From: Pseudodesulfovibrio piezophilus C1TLV30
Lineage (GTDB): Bacteria; Desulfobacterota; Desulfovibrionia; Desulfovibrionales; Desulfovibrionaceae
Assembly: GCF_000341895.1 (NCBI RefSeq)
Contig: NC_020409.1
Coordinates: 3,092,411-3,124,410 of the forward strand
Reading direction: 5' to 3'
DNA: 32,000 nt
The notes beneath the pieces were generated by a model, which ran no database searches, was not told the origin of the DNA, and worked only from the letters and a program-made list of their open reading frames with translations. The position numbers were made by a program, and so were the translations under genes. Positions within the stretch are counted from its first letter, which is position 1; each line of letters starts with the position of its first letter. Shown here piece after piece: positions 16,381-25,087 of this stretch.

Positions 16381-17157
16381 TTACGCTTCCTTTTTGAAGA
16401 TGATCAGTGGACAGTTCTTGCAGATATCAGCGCCGGGGAACCCGTCTCCGGGGCGTGTGATGGAGCTGCTGCCTGCCTCGATACGTGTCATAAGTCGGTC
16501 AAAAGTCGCACCGAATTTTTTGCCGGGAATCATGACATTGATTTCACCACGCTCTGTTTTTCCTGCATTGTAGCTGCCGGAACAGGCAGGAAGCATATTG
16601 AACTCCTGTTCAAGGAGTGTGTAGACATTACCGCCGCAGGCTGATGAATTCATGGTGATGCTTGGGCGCAGGGGATGGGTATCGGTTGCTGCCATGTAGT
16701 CGACAGCCAGATGGTAAGCCTGCATATTGTCACAGTAGAAATGGACAGTGTCCGGTTCATACAGTCCATCAATCGCACCCAGTGGAGCGACTGCGACTCC
16801 CAGAAGACCTTCTTTGAGCTGGGACTTCGACAGTATGAAGCGCTCGGCCTGCTCCGGGTCCGTGGTATATTTTGCATGTCCTTTGATCTCGCCGTCATCA
16901 ATCCCTTTCCAGCCGAAACTGTACTTGGCATTGCTACAACCCAGTCCTTCTATACCGGAATAGACTATTTGTCCTTTCATGCGTGCGCCGATCTCCCATT
17001 GACAGAAGGTCATGGATTTGAGTGGCGTATGGATTTCAGGTGCAGCGTCGTGAAAGGCGTCCAGCTCGGATTGGTCAAAGAAGAATTTGATCGCGATAGG
17101 GTAGTGATAGAGTCGAAGCTCCTTCATCAATACGTCCTGCATTTCAGAATAGGTCAT
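16381..17157 (-). CDS. DUF169 (COG2043) family protein
   Basis: The N-terminal LRLYHYPIAIKFFFD and the ~250-aa size match my memory of DUF169. GGGAGG SD lies 7 nt upstream of ATG 17157. Recognition is weaker than for the enzymes. Confidence 0.65.
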   Translation of the reverse strand: MTYSEMQDVLMKELRLYHYPIAIKFFFDQSELDAFHDAAPEIHTPLKSMTFCQWEIGARMKGQIVYSGIEGLGCSNAKYSFGWKGIDDGEIKGHAKYTTDPEQAERFILSKSQLKEGLLGVAVAPLGAIDGLYEPDTVHFYCDNMQAYHLAVDYMAATDTHPLRPSITMNSSACGGNVYTLLEQEFNMLPACSGSYNAGKTERGEINVMIPGKKFGATFDRLMTRIEAGSSSITRPGDGFPGADICKNCPLIIFKKEA

Positions 17158-17520
17158 GGTAATACCTCCCGAAGGATTTTTGGGTGTTCAGGCGCGGCCT
17201 CGGACCAGATTGTTGAGGACGCTTTGTGTGGGTGCTGATTAGCCTTCCGCTTGCGTCGGGGCAATGGGCAATGCTTTTGTGAAAAAATGCACTCGAATTA
17301 TGTTTAAAATAACACAATCGAATTTGGAATAAAAAATGTTCGTGATACTTCTCTCAATTCTAAGGATGTGATTCTTGTTTTCATGAAAATGCCAAGCTGA
17401 TAAGATGAGGAGAATCCCATGGAAAAAAGGGAGCAGAGCATGGATCTTCCATCCTTTTTGGAAGCAGATTTATAGAAATATGTTTTTCCATGGGATTGAT
17501 TCATTGTACGGGATACTTTT

Positions 17521-18000
17521 TCACGCTTTCGAGGTGTGAGAAGAGGCCGGATTGTTTTTGCCGACCAGACGCTCAAGCTTGACCTTGATCACGGCTGTGC
17601 GGTTAAGTACTGCGGCATCGAATGCTCCACACGGGCCGTCATGCTGCCCCATGATTATATCAAGCCCGGCAGTCTTCTCTTCGATTGATTCCAAAATCTG
17701 CGCATGCCCGAAGCCGGTGACAGACGTATAATGTGTCGTATACCCACAAGCTTTTTCTGCTGTGACCACATTACTTTCAATGACTGATACGAAGCTGACC
17801 AGACCATTCTGCTTAATACAGTCCATCTTGCGACCTTCCTGGGCACTGTGAAAATAGATCGCTCCGTCTGCATATCCGAAGTTCACGGTGACGACATAAG
17901 GTTCTTTGCCATCCCAGAGGCCCAGTTGCATGGTACGACACCCGCAGAGAAGTTCTTCAACGGTTTTCTTGTCTTTGATTTCACGTTTTTCTTGTCTCAC
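17521..18000 (-). CDS. Pyridoxamine 5'-phosphate oxidase-like FMN-binding protein (NimA / general-stress-26-like)
   Basis: MRQEKREIKDKKTVEELL...PYVVTVNFGYADGAIYFHSAQEGRKM matches the split-barrel PNPOx family N-terminus. GTG 18000 has AAGGAG 8 nt upstream and overlaps the upstream stop (GTGA). Confidence 0.8.
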   Translation of the reverse strand: MRQEKREIKDKKTVEELLCGCRTMQLGLWDGKEPYVVTVNFGYADGAIYFHSAQEGRKMDCIKQNGLVSFVSVIESNVVTAEKACGYTTHYTSVTGFGHAQILESIEEKTAGLDIIMGQHDGPCGAFDAAVLNRTAVIKVKLERLVGKNNPASSHTSKA

Positions 18001-18701
18001 TTCATGATCTCCTTGGTGAGATTGTTGAGTAGCGTCTTGAGTAAAAAGTCCATGTCAGAGGGCTGATCGAAGGTTGAGCGCATGACTTCCGGCGTTTGTA
18101 CATGGTTTGTGAGCGGGGCCAACTCATCTGCGCAATTGTCAATGAGAAGTTCCATACTTTCCGGGGTCGTTTCCAGGTGGAATTGCAGGCCAACCATACG
18201 TGACCCCAGAGTGAAAGCCTGATGAGCGCATGCTTCGCTTGATGCTATAGCCTGAGCCTTGGGTGGGATGGAAAATGTCTCGCCATGCCAGTGGAAGGCG
18301 GTAAACGTGTCTGGCAATCCTTTGCAAAGGGGGTGAGCCTGTCCTTTTCTCGTCAATGTCACTGGGAACCAGCCTATCTCACGATGAATATTTCTGGTGA
18401 TTTGACCTCCCAAAACCTCGGCCATCAATTGGGCCCCGAGGCAAATGCCGAGAATGCCGAGCGCCGAATCCACCGCCTGTCGAAGGTATTCCTTTTCCAT
18501 GGCCAACCAGGGATACTGTTCTTCATCATGAACGCTCATGGGACCTCCCATGATGACGAGCAGGTCTATTTCACTCACGGGGGGAAGGGATTCCCCCATG
18601 AAAATGCGGCTTCTGCCAAGTGTATGGCCTTGTTCCTGTGCCCAGCTTGCGATGGCAGCAGGGCCTTCGAAAGGGACATGTTCAATGGTTTGTATTCGCA
18701 T
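17997..18701 (-). CDS. Class I glutamine amidotransferase-like protein
   Basis: LLVIMGGPMSV, nucleophile elbow GICLGAQL and the His/Glu region LQFHLE. Start moved to ATG 18701 (AAGGAG upstream); the track start is 18764. Confidence 0.8.
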   Translation of the reverse strand: MRIQTIEHVPFEGPAAIASWAQEQGHTLGRSRIFMGESLPPVSEIDLLVIMGGPMSVHDEEQYPWLAMEKEYLRQAVDSALGILGICLGAQLMAEVLGGQITRNIHREIGWFPVTLTRKGQAHPLCKGLPDTFTAFHWHGETFSIPPKAQAIASSEACAHQAFTLGSRMVGLQFHLETTPESMELLIDNCADELAPLTNHVQTPEVMRSTFDQPSDMDFLLKTLLNNLTKEIMK

Positions 18702-18961
18702 GTATGGGGCTCCTTGGGCTTTTCTTCCATTACTGGCGTATAGCAGGGACATCAAGATCTGCATCCTGAACGTTCCCTGTATTCTTTAAGCACTTTGCAA
18801 GTGAAGGGCCAGAACGGTTTTTCTTCTCTTTTGTTGTAAGAACAGGGGGTTATATTCGCCAAGAAAAAGTCGTGTAAAAAAATGAGAGTACGGTTTTTTC
18901 TCACATGTGCAAAAATGTGCCGGATGCGTGTGAAATTGTCAAAAGTGAGTACCGGCGGTTG

Positions 18962-19009
18962 CATGAACGAGAAGAGGCCGCTCCAGGGAGCGGCCTCTTC
19001 TCGTTCATG
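18962..19009. terminator. Long hairpin downstream of the catalase gene
   Basis: About 21-bp arms CATGAACGAGAAGAGGCCGCT / AGCGGCCTCTTCTCGTTCATG. It ends 12 nt from the catalase stop. The T-run is on the plus side only, so termination efficiency for the minus-strand transcript is uncertain. Confidence 0.55.
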
Positions 19010-19020
19010 CGTTGGCTTTT

Positions 19021-20532
19021 TTAGAGTTGTGTTGCAGCGACTCGTTCCTCTTGGGTCATGGAGGCAAGTCGTTTGACTTCGGTCATGTCAAGACCAAGCC
19101 CTTCCGCGACGCGGGTGCCATAGTCCTCATGGGTCAGATAAAAGAGAGCGCATTGTCTGAGTTGAATCGGGGTTGGCACGCTCTCCATGCTTCCCAGGAT
19201 GTTGTTTATCAGATGGGTTCTGTCCTGATCCGACATAACTGTTCCGTAAAGGGTGCCTGGTTGGACAAAATCGTCATTCGGATGGGTGAATTCATGGCGG
19301 CCACCGACTCCTTCCAACGGAATATAGGGCTCATTGGAGATGTTGTCCGGGGCAGGGCCATGATAACTGTTGGGCCAATAGTTGGGGCCGCCTCCGCCAT
19401 TGTGATCCACGCGCATGGAACCGTCGCGTTGATAATTCTGTTCCGGCGCATGCTTGGGCTGATTGACCGGTATCAAATGATAATTGGGACCAAGCCGGTG
19501 CAGGTGGGTGTCGTGATAGGAAAAGAGACGGCCCTGAAGCATTTTGTCCGGCGACACGCCTATGCCCGGTACGAGGTTGCTCGGGTTGAATGCGGCCTGC
19601 TCGACTTCTGCAAAATAATTTTCAGGGTTTCGGTTCAGGACCATCTTGCCAACCGTGATCGGCGGGACTTCCTTGTGGGGCCATACCTTGGTGATATCAA
19701 AGATATCCCACCCAAAGTCTGCAACGTCTTCCGGGCTGAGAATTTGCATTTCGAGTGTCCAGGACGGGTAGTCCCCGGCCTCGATGGCGTTGCGTAAATC
19801 GGCAGTGGCGTGGTCCGGGTTTTTGCCGCACATTTCGGCTGCTTCCGGACCAGATAGATTCTTGATACCCTGATCCGTCTTGAAGTGATATTGAACCCAG
19901 TAATATTCCCCTTTGGCATTATACCACTTATAGGTATGGCTGGAATACCCATTCATGTTGCGGAAGGTCGCTGGTGTGCCTCGGTCGGAAAAGAGGACGG
20001 TCACCTGATGCATGGATTCCGGTGTGAGCGACCAGAAATCCCAAGCCATGGTCGGGCTTTTGAGGTTGGTGGCCGGGTCCCGTTTTTGCGTGTGGATAAA
20101 ATCAGGAAATTTCAAAGGGTCGCGGATGAAGAAGACCGGAGTATTATTGCCGGTCATGTCATAATTGCCTTCTTCCGTGTAGAATTTTATGGCGAATCCT
20201 CTAGGATCACGCTCGGCATCAGCGCTTCCCTTTTCCCCTCCTACGGTTGAGAAACGGACAAAGAGGTCGGTCTTTTTGCCTATTTCAGAAAGAAATGCGG
20301 CCTTGGTGTATTGCGTCACATCTGCAGTGACTTCAAAATACCCGTAGGCTCCGGTTCCTTTGGCATGGACGACTCGTTCAGGAATGCGTTCCCGATCGAA
20401 ATGAGAGAGTTTTTCGAGCAGGTGGACATCTTGCATCAGTGCAGGACCGCGGGCACCCGCCGTTACCGTATTCAAGTCGTTTCCAATCGGTGCCCCGAAG
20501 GCACTGGTCAGAGTCTTTTTGTCTTTGGTCAT
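19021..20532 (-). CDS. katA: Monofunctional haem catalase (small-subunit type)
   Basis: [24 protein letters not shown] (distal His), [27 protein letters not shown] and [14 protein letters not shown] (proximal Tyr region). Start moved to ATG 20532 (GGAGGAG upstream), giving 503 aa. Confidence 0.97.
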   Translation of the reverse strand: MTKDKKTLTSAFGAPIGNDLNTVTAGARGPALMQDVHLLEKLSHFDRERIPERVVHAKGTGAYGYFEVTADVTQYTKAAFLSEIGKKTDLFVRFSTVGGEKGSADAERDPRGFAIKFYTEEGNYDMTGNNTPVFFIRDPLKFPDFIHTQKRDPATNLKSPTMAWDFWSLTPESMHQVTVLFSDRGTPATFRNMNGYSSHTYKWYNAKGEYYWVQYHFKTDQGIKNLSGPEAAEMCGKNPDHATADLRNAIEAGDYPSWTLEMQILSPEDVADFGWDIFDITKVWPHKEVPPITVGKMVLNRNPENYFAEVEQAAFNPSNLVPGIGVSPDKMLQGRLFSYHDTHLHRLGPNYHLIPVNQPKHAPEQNYQRDGSMRVDHNGGGGPNYWPNSYHGPAPDNISNEPYIPLEGVGGRHEFTHPNDDFVQPGTLYGTVMSDQDRTHLINNILGSMESVPTPIQLRQCALFYLTHEDYGTRVAEGLGLDMTEVKRLASMTQEERVAATQL

Positions 20533-21149
20533 GTCTCTCCTCCGCTGCTTGTATCTGCCAGTCAAATCCATGGACCAGCCTTCGACCACTGGCAAATTGT
20601 TTTGGAGCGACTTTACCATGAAATTCTGATGAGCGGTACAGATATTTGAAAGTACTTATGGCTCCTTGTGCACGAGTCTCTGTTGGGTTGATACCCTGTA
20701 ATTCAGGTGTATTGGGGGAGAATTATCGCTCCCATTAGTCTCATGTCTCATTCCTTTTGCAGATATTTTCCCAGAGTGTCAGACTCTATTTAAGTGTTTC
20801 CTTCTTTTTGGGGAATGGTGCTGTTTTGCCATTTGATAACACTTGCAGGAGCGTACTTGGACCTATAGGATAACTGTCTCGGACGGGACGACTGCGAGGT
20901 TCTTGCGGTCAATTTTTCGGATGGGATCATTGCTGCCTGGTCATACTTTTCTCCAGCTCTGTGGACTGCGTGCATGACCTCACTGCCTGATCATGGTGGT
21001 GAGACGGCTTGTCGTTTCCACGAGAGTGTTTTTTTGATCGGCAGATGTGATTGCTTCCATAATCGATGACGCATCAGTCAGAAGGCTGGAAATCATCGGC
21101 AACGACCCTGGAGTGGTTACCGGGGTCGAAAGGATAGTTTGGATCGAAG

Positions 21150-21470
21150 ATGGATAATTTAATGGAATTCACTCCTCTGGCCCCCATGAATGCTGCACCA
21201 GACAAGCCCGGTGGTGGCACTGAAACGTTTGCTCCAGAAAATGTTTGTGCCAAAATGATCCGGTACGCAGTCGAAGACGGCAAACTGGCTCAAGTTGATT
21301 TTGCCGGTGGTTGTGAGGGGAATCTTAAAGCTATCTCCACACTGTTGAAAGGCATGAAGGTTGATGATGTCGTTCGTAAGCTCCAAGGGATCACATGTGG
21401 ATCAAAAGGGACATCCTGTACGGATCAGCTGTGCAAGGCTCTCTCAGCACATATGCAAACGGGATCATAA
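21150..21470 (+). CDS. Small TSCPD-domain protein (TIGR03905-like)
   Basis: VCAKMIRYAVEDGKLAQVDFAGGCEGNLKAISTLLKGMKVDDVVRKLQGITCGSKGTSCTDQLCKAL follows the TIGR03905 pattern (GGC.GN...IS.L..G, CG.K.TSC.DQL). The start is ambiguous among 21150, 21162 and 21186, and none has a good SD. Confidence 0.65.
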   Translation: MDNLMEFTPLAPMNAAPDKPGGGTETFAPENVCAKMIRYAVEDGKLAQVDFAGGCEGNLKAISTLLKGMKVDDVVRKLQGITCGSKGTSCTDQLCKALSAHMQTGS

Positions 21471-21540
21471 GTCCATACGTGATCTTGGTGTTGTGCACGG
21501 TTTCACGACTTTTTTTTGTCGTGGCATCGGGAAGTTGAAG

Positions 21541-21568
21541 CCGGAGTCCCGGTAAAACAGGACTCCGG
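21541..21568. terminator. Hairpin between the convergent TSCPD and AstE-like genes
   Basis: 9-bp arms CCGGAGTCC / GGACTCCGG with a 10-nt loop. There is no clear U-tract on either side. Confidence 0.35.
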
Positions 21569-21626
21569 AAGGTTATATGCTTCTTTCAGGGGCGATACGG
21601 TGTCGGCTGTACCGATGTCTTTCGGT

Positions 21627-22655
21627 TCACGAGATGGGGGTTTCTTCCATCATGAGTTCCGAAAATTGGTCGACTGAAGCTTCAGCCTTGGCCAGGGCTT
21701 CAAAGCAGGCAATGTGGGTGACTGCATCTCCCTTATAGACCGAGGGCAACGACTGCACGCCGATGACAACGCCGTTTTTGGGGGATTCCAATGCGTAGCT
21801 CTGATTACTGAATGGGTCATAGATTGTCCCGAGTATCTCGCCTTTTCGCACTCGTTGTCCCAGTTTGGCCCCGGCTTTGAAGACTCCGCTTGCAGGGGCA
21901 CGGCACCATGTTCGGTCATGAGCTATCTGCATGGGAACTTTTTTTCTGCGGGCAGTTTTACGTGGGGTGAGCATCCCGAGATGTTCCATCAGTGAGGTCA
22001 GTCCGCGCACTCCGGCCCGAATGGAGAGTTCATCGAAACGAAGTGCTTCGCCTGCCTCATAGAGTAGGGTTTTGACCCCGCATTCTTCCGCTGAATAGCG
22101 CAGGGATCCTTCGGCCCCGGCAACATTCAATGCCAGTGGGGCACCATAGGCTTCGGCCATACCGAGCACGACCTCATCATCCATGTTCCCCCGCAGGTGC
22201 GGGAGATTGGTCCGGTGATTGGATCCGGTATGGAGATCCACGCCGAATTGGCATGGTGCTACCACGTTTTCAAAGAGTACCTTGGCAAGCTCGGAAGCCA
22301 GAGAGCCTCCAGCCTTGCCAGGAAAGAATCGATTCAAATCTCTTCTGTCCGGGAGATAGCGAGCATTGGCGATGAATCCGTATATGTTGACGACCGGGAC
22401 CGCATAGAGAGTCCCGCTCAATCTTTGCAGACGTTTCATGCCGACCAACCGCCGGACAATTTCAATGCCGTTCATTTCATCGCCATGAATGGCAGCTGTA
22501 ATGAATAGCGCAGGTCCTTCCCGACGGCCGTGAAAAACGTGAACCGGCATCCCTGCTCCCTGGCGAAGCGATGTATCGGGTACTGGAAGTACCACGGTTG
22601 CAGATTCACCGGGAGCAACGGTTTTGCCAGCAATTTCTACGGGCATTCTCTTCAT
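21627..22655 (-). CDS. Succinylglutamate desuccinylase/aspartoacylase (AstE/AspA, COG3608) family zinc deacylase
   Basis: Zn ligand motif AAIHGDEMNG (H-x-x-E) and second ligand VDLHTGS. Start is ATG 22655 or GTG 22661, about 30 nt after the rimK stop. Confidence 0.85.
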   Translation of the reverse strand: MKRMPVEIAGKTVAPGESATVVLPVPDTSLRQGAGMPVHVFHGRREGPALFITAAIHGDEMNGIEIVRRLVGMKRLQRLSGTLYAVPVVNIYGFIANARYLPDRRDLNRFFPGKAGGSLASELAKVLFENVVAPCQFGVDLHTGSNHRTNLPHLRGNMDDEVVLGMAEAYGAPLALNVAGAEGSLRYSAEECGVKTLLYEAGEALRFDELSIRAGVRGLTSLMEHLGMLTPRKTARRKKVPMQIAHDRTWCRAPASGVFKAGAKLGQRVRKGEILGTIYDPFSNQSYALESPKNGVVIGVQSLPSVYKGDAVTHIACFEALAKAEASVDQFSELMMEETPIS

Positions 22656-22687
22656 GACCACCAGCCCTTGTGTCTTTCGGGGAGCTT

Positions 22688-23593
22688 TTACCCTTTGCCC
22701 CGAGTCTGGGTCTTGCCGGGTTTGGCATTCTTTTCAATGAATTTGATAATCTTGGCGGCAATATTCAAGCCAGTGGCTTTCTCGATTCCTTCCAGACCGG
22801 GAGAGGAATTGACTTCCATGACCACTGGTCCATGATTTGACCGCAGCAGGTCCACTCCGCATATGTTCAGGCCCATGATTTTGGCCGCTCTGACAGCGGT
22901 GGACCGTTCTTCAGGCGTGATTTTGACCTGAGTTGCAGTGCCGCCTCTGTGGATATTCGAACGAAATTCGTCTTTTCCGGCTGTCCGTTTCATGGCAGCG
23001 ATGACCTTACCGCCCACCACAAAGCAGCGGATGTCCGATCCCTTGGCTTCCTTGATGTATTCCTGAACCAGAATATTCGCTTTAAGCCCCTGGAAAGCCT
23101 GGATGACACTTTCTGCTGCCTGGCGATTCTCGGTCAGTACCACGCCAATGCCCTGAGTTCCTTCGATCAGTTTGACAACCAAGGGCGCGCCTCCGACCAT
23201 TTCGATGAGGTCACCTGTGAATTGCGTTGAGCTGGCAAACCCGGTGATCGGCAGGCCTATGCCCTTTCTGGAGAGGAGTTGCAGGCTCCTGAGTTTGTCC
23301 CTGGAGCGGGTAATGGCAATGGATTCATTGACACAATGGACCCCCATCATCTCGAACTGACGGACTACGGCACACCCGAAAAATGTGATGGACGCGCCGA
23401 TACGGGGGATAACGGCATCGACATTCGTGACCTGCTCACCCTTATAGTGAATTGAAGGGTTATGGGATGTGATGTTCATGTAACAACGAAGAGGATTAAT
23501 GACTTGAATGTCGTGACCGGCTTCTCTGCCTGCATCAGCAAGGGCTTGAGTCGAGTAGAGGCTGCTCTTGCGCGATAAGATGACAATTTTCAT
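22688..23593 (-). CDS. rimK: RimK-type ATP-grasp alpha-L-glutamate ligase
   Basis: [18 protein letters not shown].., [49 protein letters not shown] and [30 protein letters not shown] 23593 lies 1 nt after the upstream stop (23595-23597). Confidence 0.92.
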   Translation of the reverse strand: MKIVILSRKSSLYSTQALADAGREAGHDIQVINPLRCYMNITSHNPSIHYKGEQVTNVDAVIPRIGASITFFGCAVVRQFEMMGVHCVNESIAITRSRDKLRSLQLLSRKGIGLPITGFASSTQFTGDLIEMVGGAPLVVKLIEGTQGIGVVLTENRQAAESVIQAFQGLKANILVQEYIKEAKGSDIRCFVVGGKVIAAMKRTAGKDEFRSNIHRGGTATQVKITPEERSTAVRAAKIMGLNICGVDLLRSNHGPVVMEVNSSPGLEGIEKATGLNIAAKIIKFIEKNAKPGKTQTRGKG

Positions 23594-23594
23594 G

Positions 23595-24080
23595 TTAGAT
23601 TTCCCCTTTGATGTGCTCTTTGTAAATAGCGGCGGCAGTCTTCCCGCCAGTCTGCATGGACAGATTGGGATCGACAATCAATCGTCCCGACATTGCGTTT
23701 CTTCCCAGAAGCATCCTGAACTTCATTTCATCTCGATTGGTGAGGGTCAGCTCTATGGGCCAGGTCCGGCCCGCGATTTGAAGAGTGGTGCCTATGACAT
23801 ACCGCTTTTGTGTTTGTCCACCGGAATTCGTGACCTTTCTGCGGTCAACCAGAGGAGCAGTACACGCGATGGAGACCTCGTCATTTCCCTGCAAGGGGTG
23901 AATGTTGAACGCCACGAAGTTGACACCGTTCTCCTCGAACGGAGTTATGTCGAAGGCGTGTAGGGCAGAGGTTCTCGCCCCTGTGTCCACCTTGGCTTTG
24001 ATAGCCGGTATTTCTAGATCCGGCAGAGCGAGCCATTCCCGCCAGCCGATGATCATTTTGGGCCCTTTGGCTTGCGTCAC
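23595..24080 (-). CDS. Retropepsin-like protein of the DUF785 / 'ATP-dependent zinc protease' (RimB-like, COG4067) family
   Basis: [32 protein letters not shown] carries a D-T-G-A aspartic-protease-like motif. Start proposed at GTG 24080 (AAGGAGGA 6 nt upstream); the track start at 24161 is a TTG that overlaps the MscS gene. Confidence 0.8.
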   Translation of the reverse strand: MTQAKGPKMIIGWREWLALPDLEIPAIKAKVDTGARTSALHAFDITPFEENGVNFVAFNIHPLQGNDEVSIACTAPLVDRRKVTNSGGQTQKRYVIGTTLQIAGRTWPIELTLTNRDEMKFRMLLGRNAMSGRLIVDPNLSMQTGGKTAAAIYKEHIKGEI

Positions 24081-24141
24081 TCTCTGTCCTCCTTCTGTCT
24101 CTTCTCGTGATTGGATGAGCCGTGGCCCTTTGGCATCGTGT

Positions 24142-24981
24142 TTATGGTTGCTCATCAGCAAGTTCGACTCCGATTGTCTTCATTTCGAGAAGAAAGTTGG
24201 TAATAATGAAGTCCTGACTCTCTCTGGTCATGCGAGCCCTGCACAAATATCGTAATGTGATGCAGAGTCCTCCCGTGCTGATACTCATGTATGCCCTTGG
24301 GGTGAGCTTTCTGAAAAAGATATTTCTTTTTTCAAAGATATGCTTGACCCGGTTGAGGTCGATGGATTCTCCCCGATAATACATGTCAACGATCTTGAAG
24401 AGGGTAGCCCTGGCTTTTTCCCAATCACTCTGCCTTGTAATGGCGAACCTGACTTCATTCCAGAGGTATCCGGCCCCTCGGGTGGCATTGACCACTGGAT
24501 TGGTTACGGCCATGGCGTTGGGAACCTTGACCAGTCGCCCGGTACTGTGTCCTGTGGATTCTTTTTGGCCGACTTCGAGAAGGGTGAAGTAGAACAACCC
24601 CTTGTCAATGACATCGCCGGTAAAGTCTCCCAGTTGGACCCTGTCACCGATGGCAAAAAGTTCTCTCCAGAAAATAACGAAAGAGCCGAGAAAATTGAGT
24701 ATAAGTTCCTTGGCGACAATGGTCAGAGCCGCTGCGACAATCGTCAGGGCAGTGAGAACGGGACCGATACCCTCAAGCCAGATGAAAATGAGGGAGATGC
24801 CAAAAAAACAGAGGGCAGAGTATTTGATGGCAAAATGTGCTTCTGAGCTTGCCTTGCCTCCTTTGGTTGCAATGGATATGGCGAGCTTGGCGAGCAGGTA
24901 CACGATGACTGCCAGGGCAATGCTGTGCAGCGCTTTGACAAAATAGTGGTTATTCAGAAGTTCTGTTACGTCTATATTCAT
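24142..24981 (-). CDS. Small MscS-family mechanosensitive channel
   Basis: Three N-terminal TMs followed by the MscS beta-domain signature FAIGDRVQLGDFTGDVIDKGLFYFTLLE. Length is 279 aa. Confidence 0.85.
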   Translation of the reverse strand: MNIDVTELLNNHYFVKALHSIALAVIVYLLAKLAISIATKGGKASSEAHFAIKYSALCFFGISLIFIWLEGIGPVLTALTIVAAALTIVAKELILNFLGSFVIFWRELFAIGDRVQLGDFTGDVIDKGLFYFTLLEVGQKESTGHSTGRLVKVPNAMAVTNPVVNATRGAGYLWNEVRFAITRQSDWEKARATLFKIVDMYYRGESIDLNRVKHIFEKRNIFFRKLTPRAYMSISTGGLCITLRYLCRARMTRESQDFIITNFLLEMKTIGVELADEQP

Positions 24982-25087
24982 CTTGGTATCCGGTTCTTGT
25001 CTGTTGGTTGTGCTCTTTCGCGAGTATAGCGGAAAAGCGATATAAAAACGACATGAGAGTTATCTTGGCTTGTTGGAGGGAAACGGT

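Noticed and set aside
16675-17238. 187-aa plus-strand ORF
   Set aside because: It is antisense to the DUF169 gene, which has a good SD and family-like N-terminus.
17405-17539. 44-aa ORF (MRRIPWKKGSRAWIFHPFWKQIYRNMFFHGIDSLYGILFHAFEV) covering the nested inverted repeats
   Set aside because: There is no SD. Its composition is driven by the palindromic DNA, and it runs into the 3' end of the PNPOx gene on the opposite strand. I treat it as non-coding unless ribosome profiling says otherwise.
19012-19797. 261-aa plus-strand ORF
   Set aside because: It is fully antisense to the catalase gene, which is unambiguous.
20589-20606. TGGCA-N5-TTTTG, a sigma-54-like string upstream of the catalase gene
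   Set aside because: It lacks the -12 GC, and it lies on the plus strand pointing away from the catalase gene with no downstream gene nearby.
20533-20619. 29-codon N-terminal extension of the catalase ORF
   Set aside because: ATG 20532 has a GGAGGAG SD, and the catalase alignment starts at [15 protein letters not shown]. The extension contains that SD itself.
23594-23677. N-terminal extension of rimK ([14 protein letters not shown]...)
   Set aside because: It overlaps the 3' end of the DUF785 gene. RimK homologues begin at MKI(A/V)ILS, which is ATG 23593.
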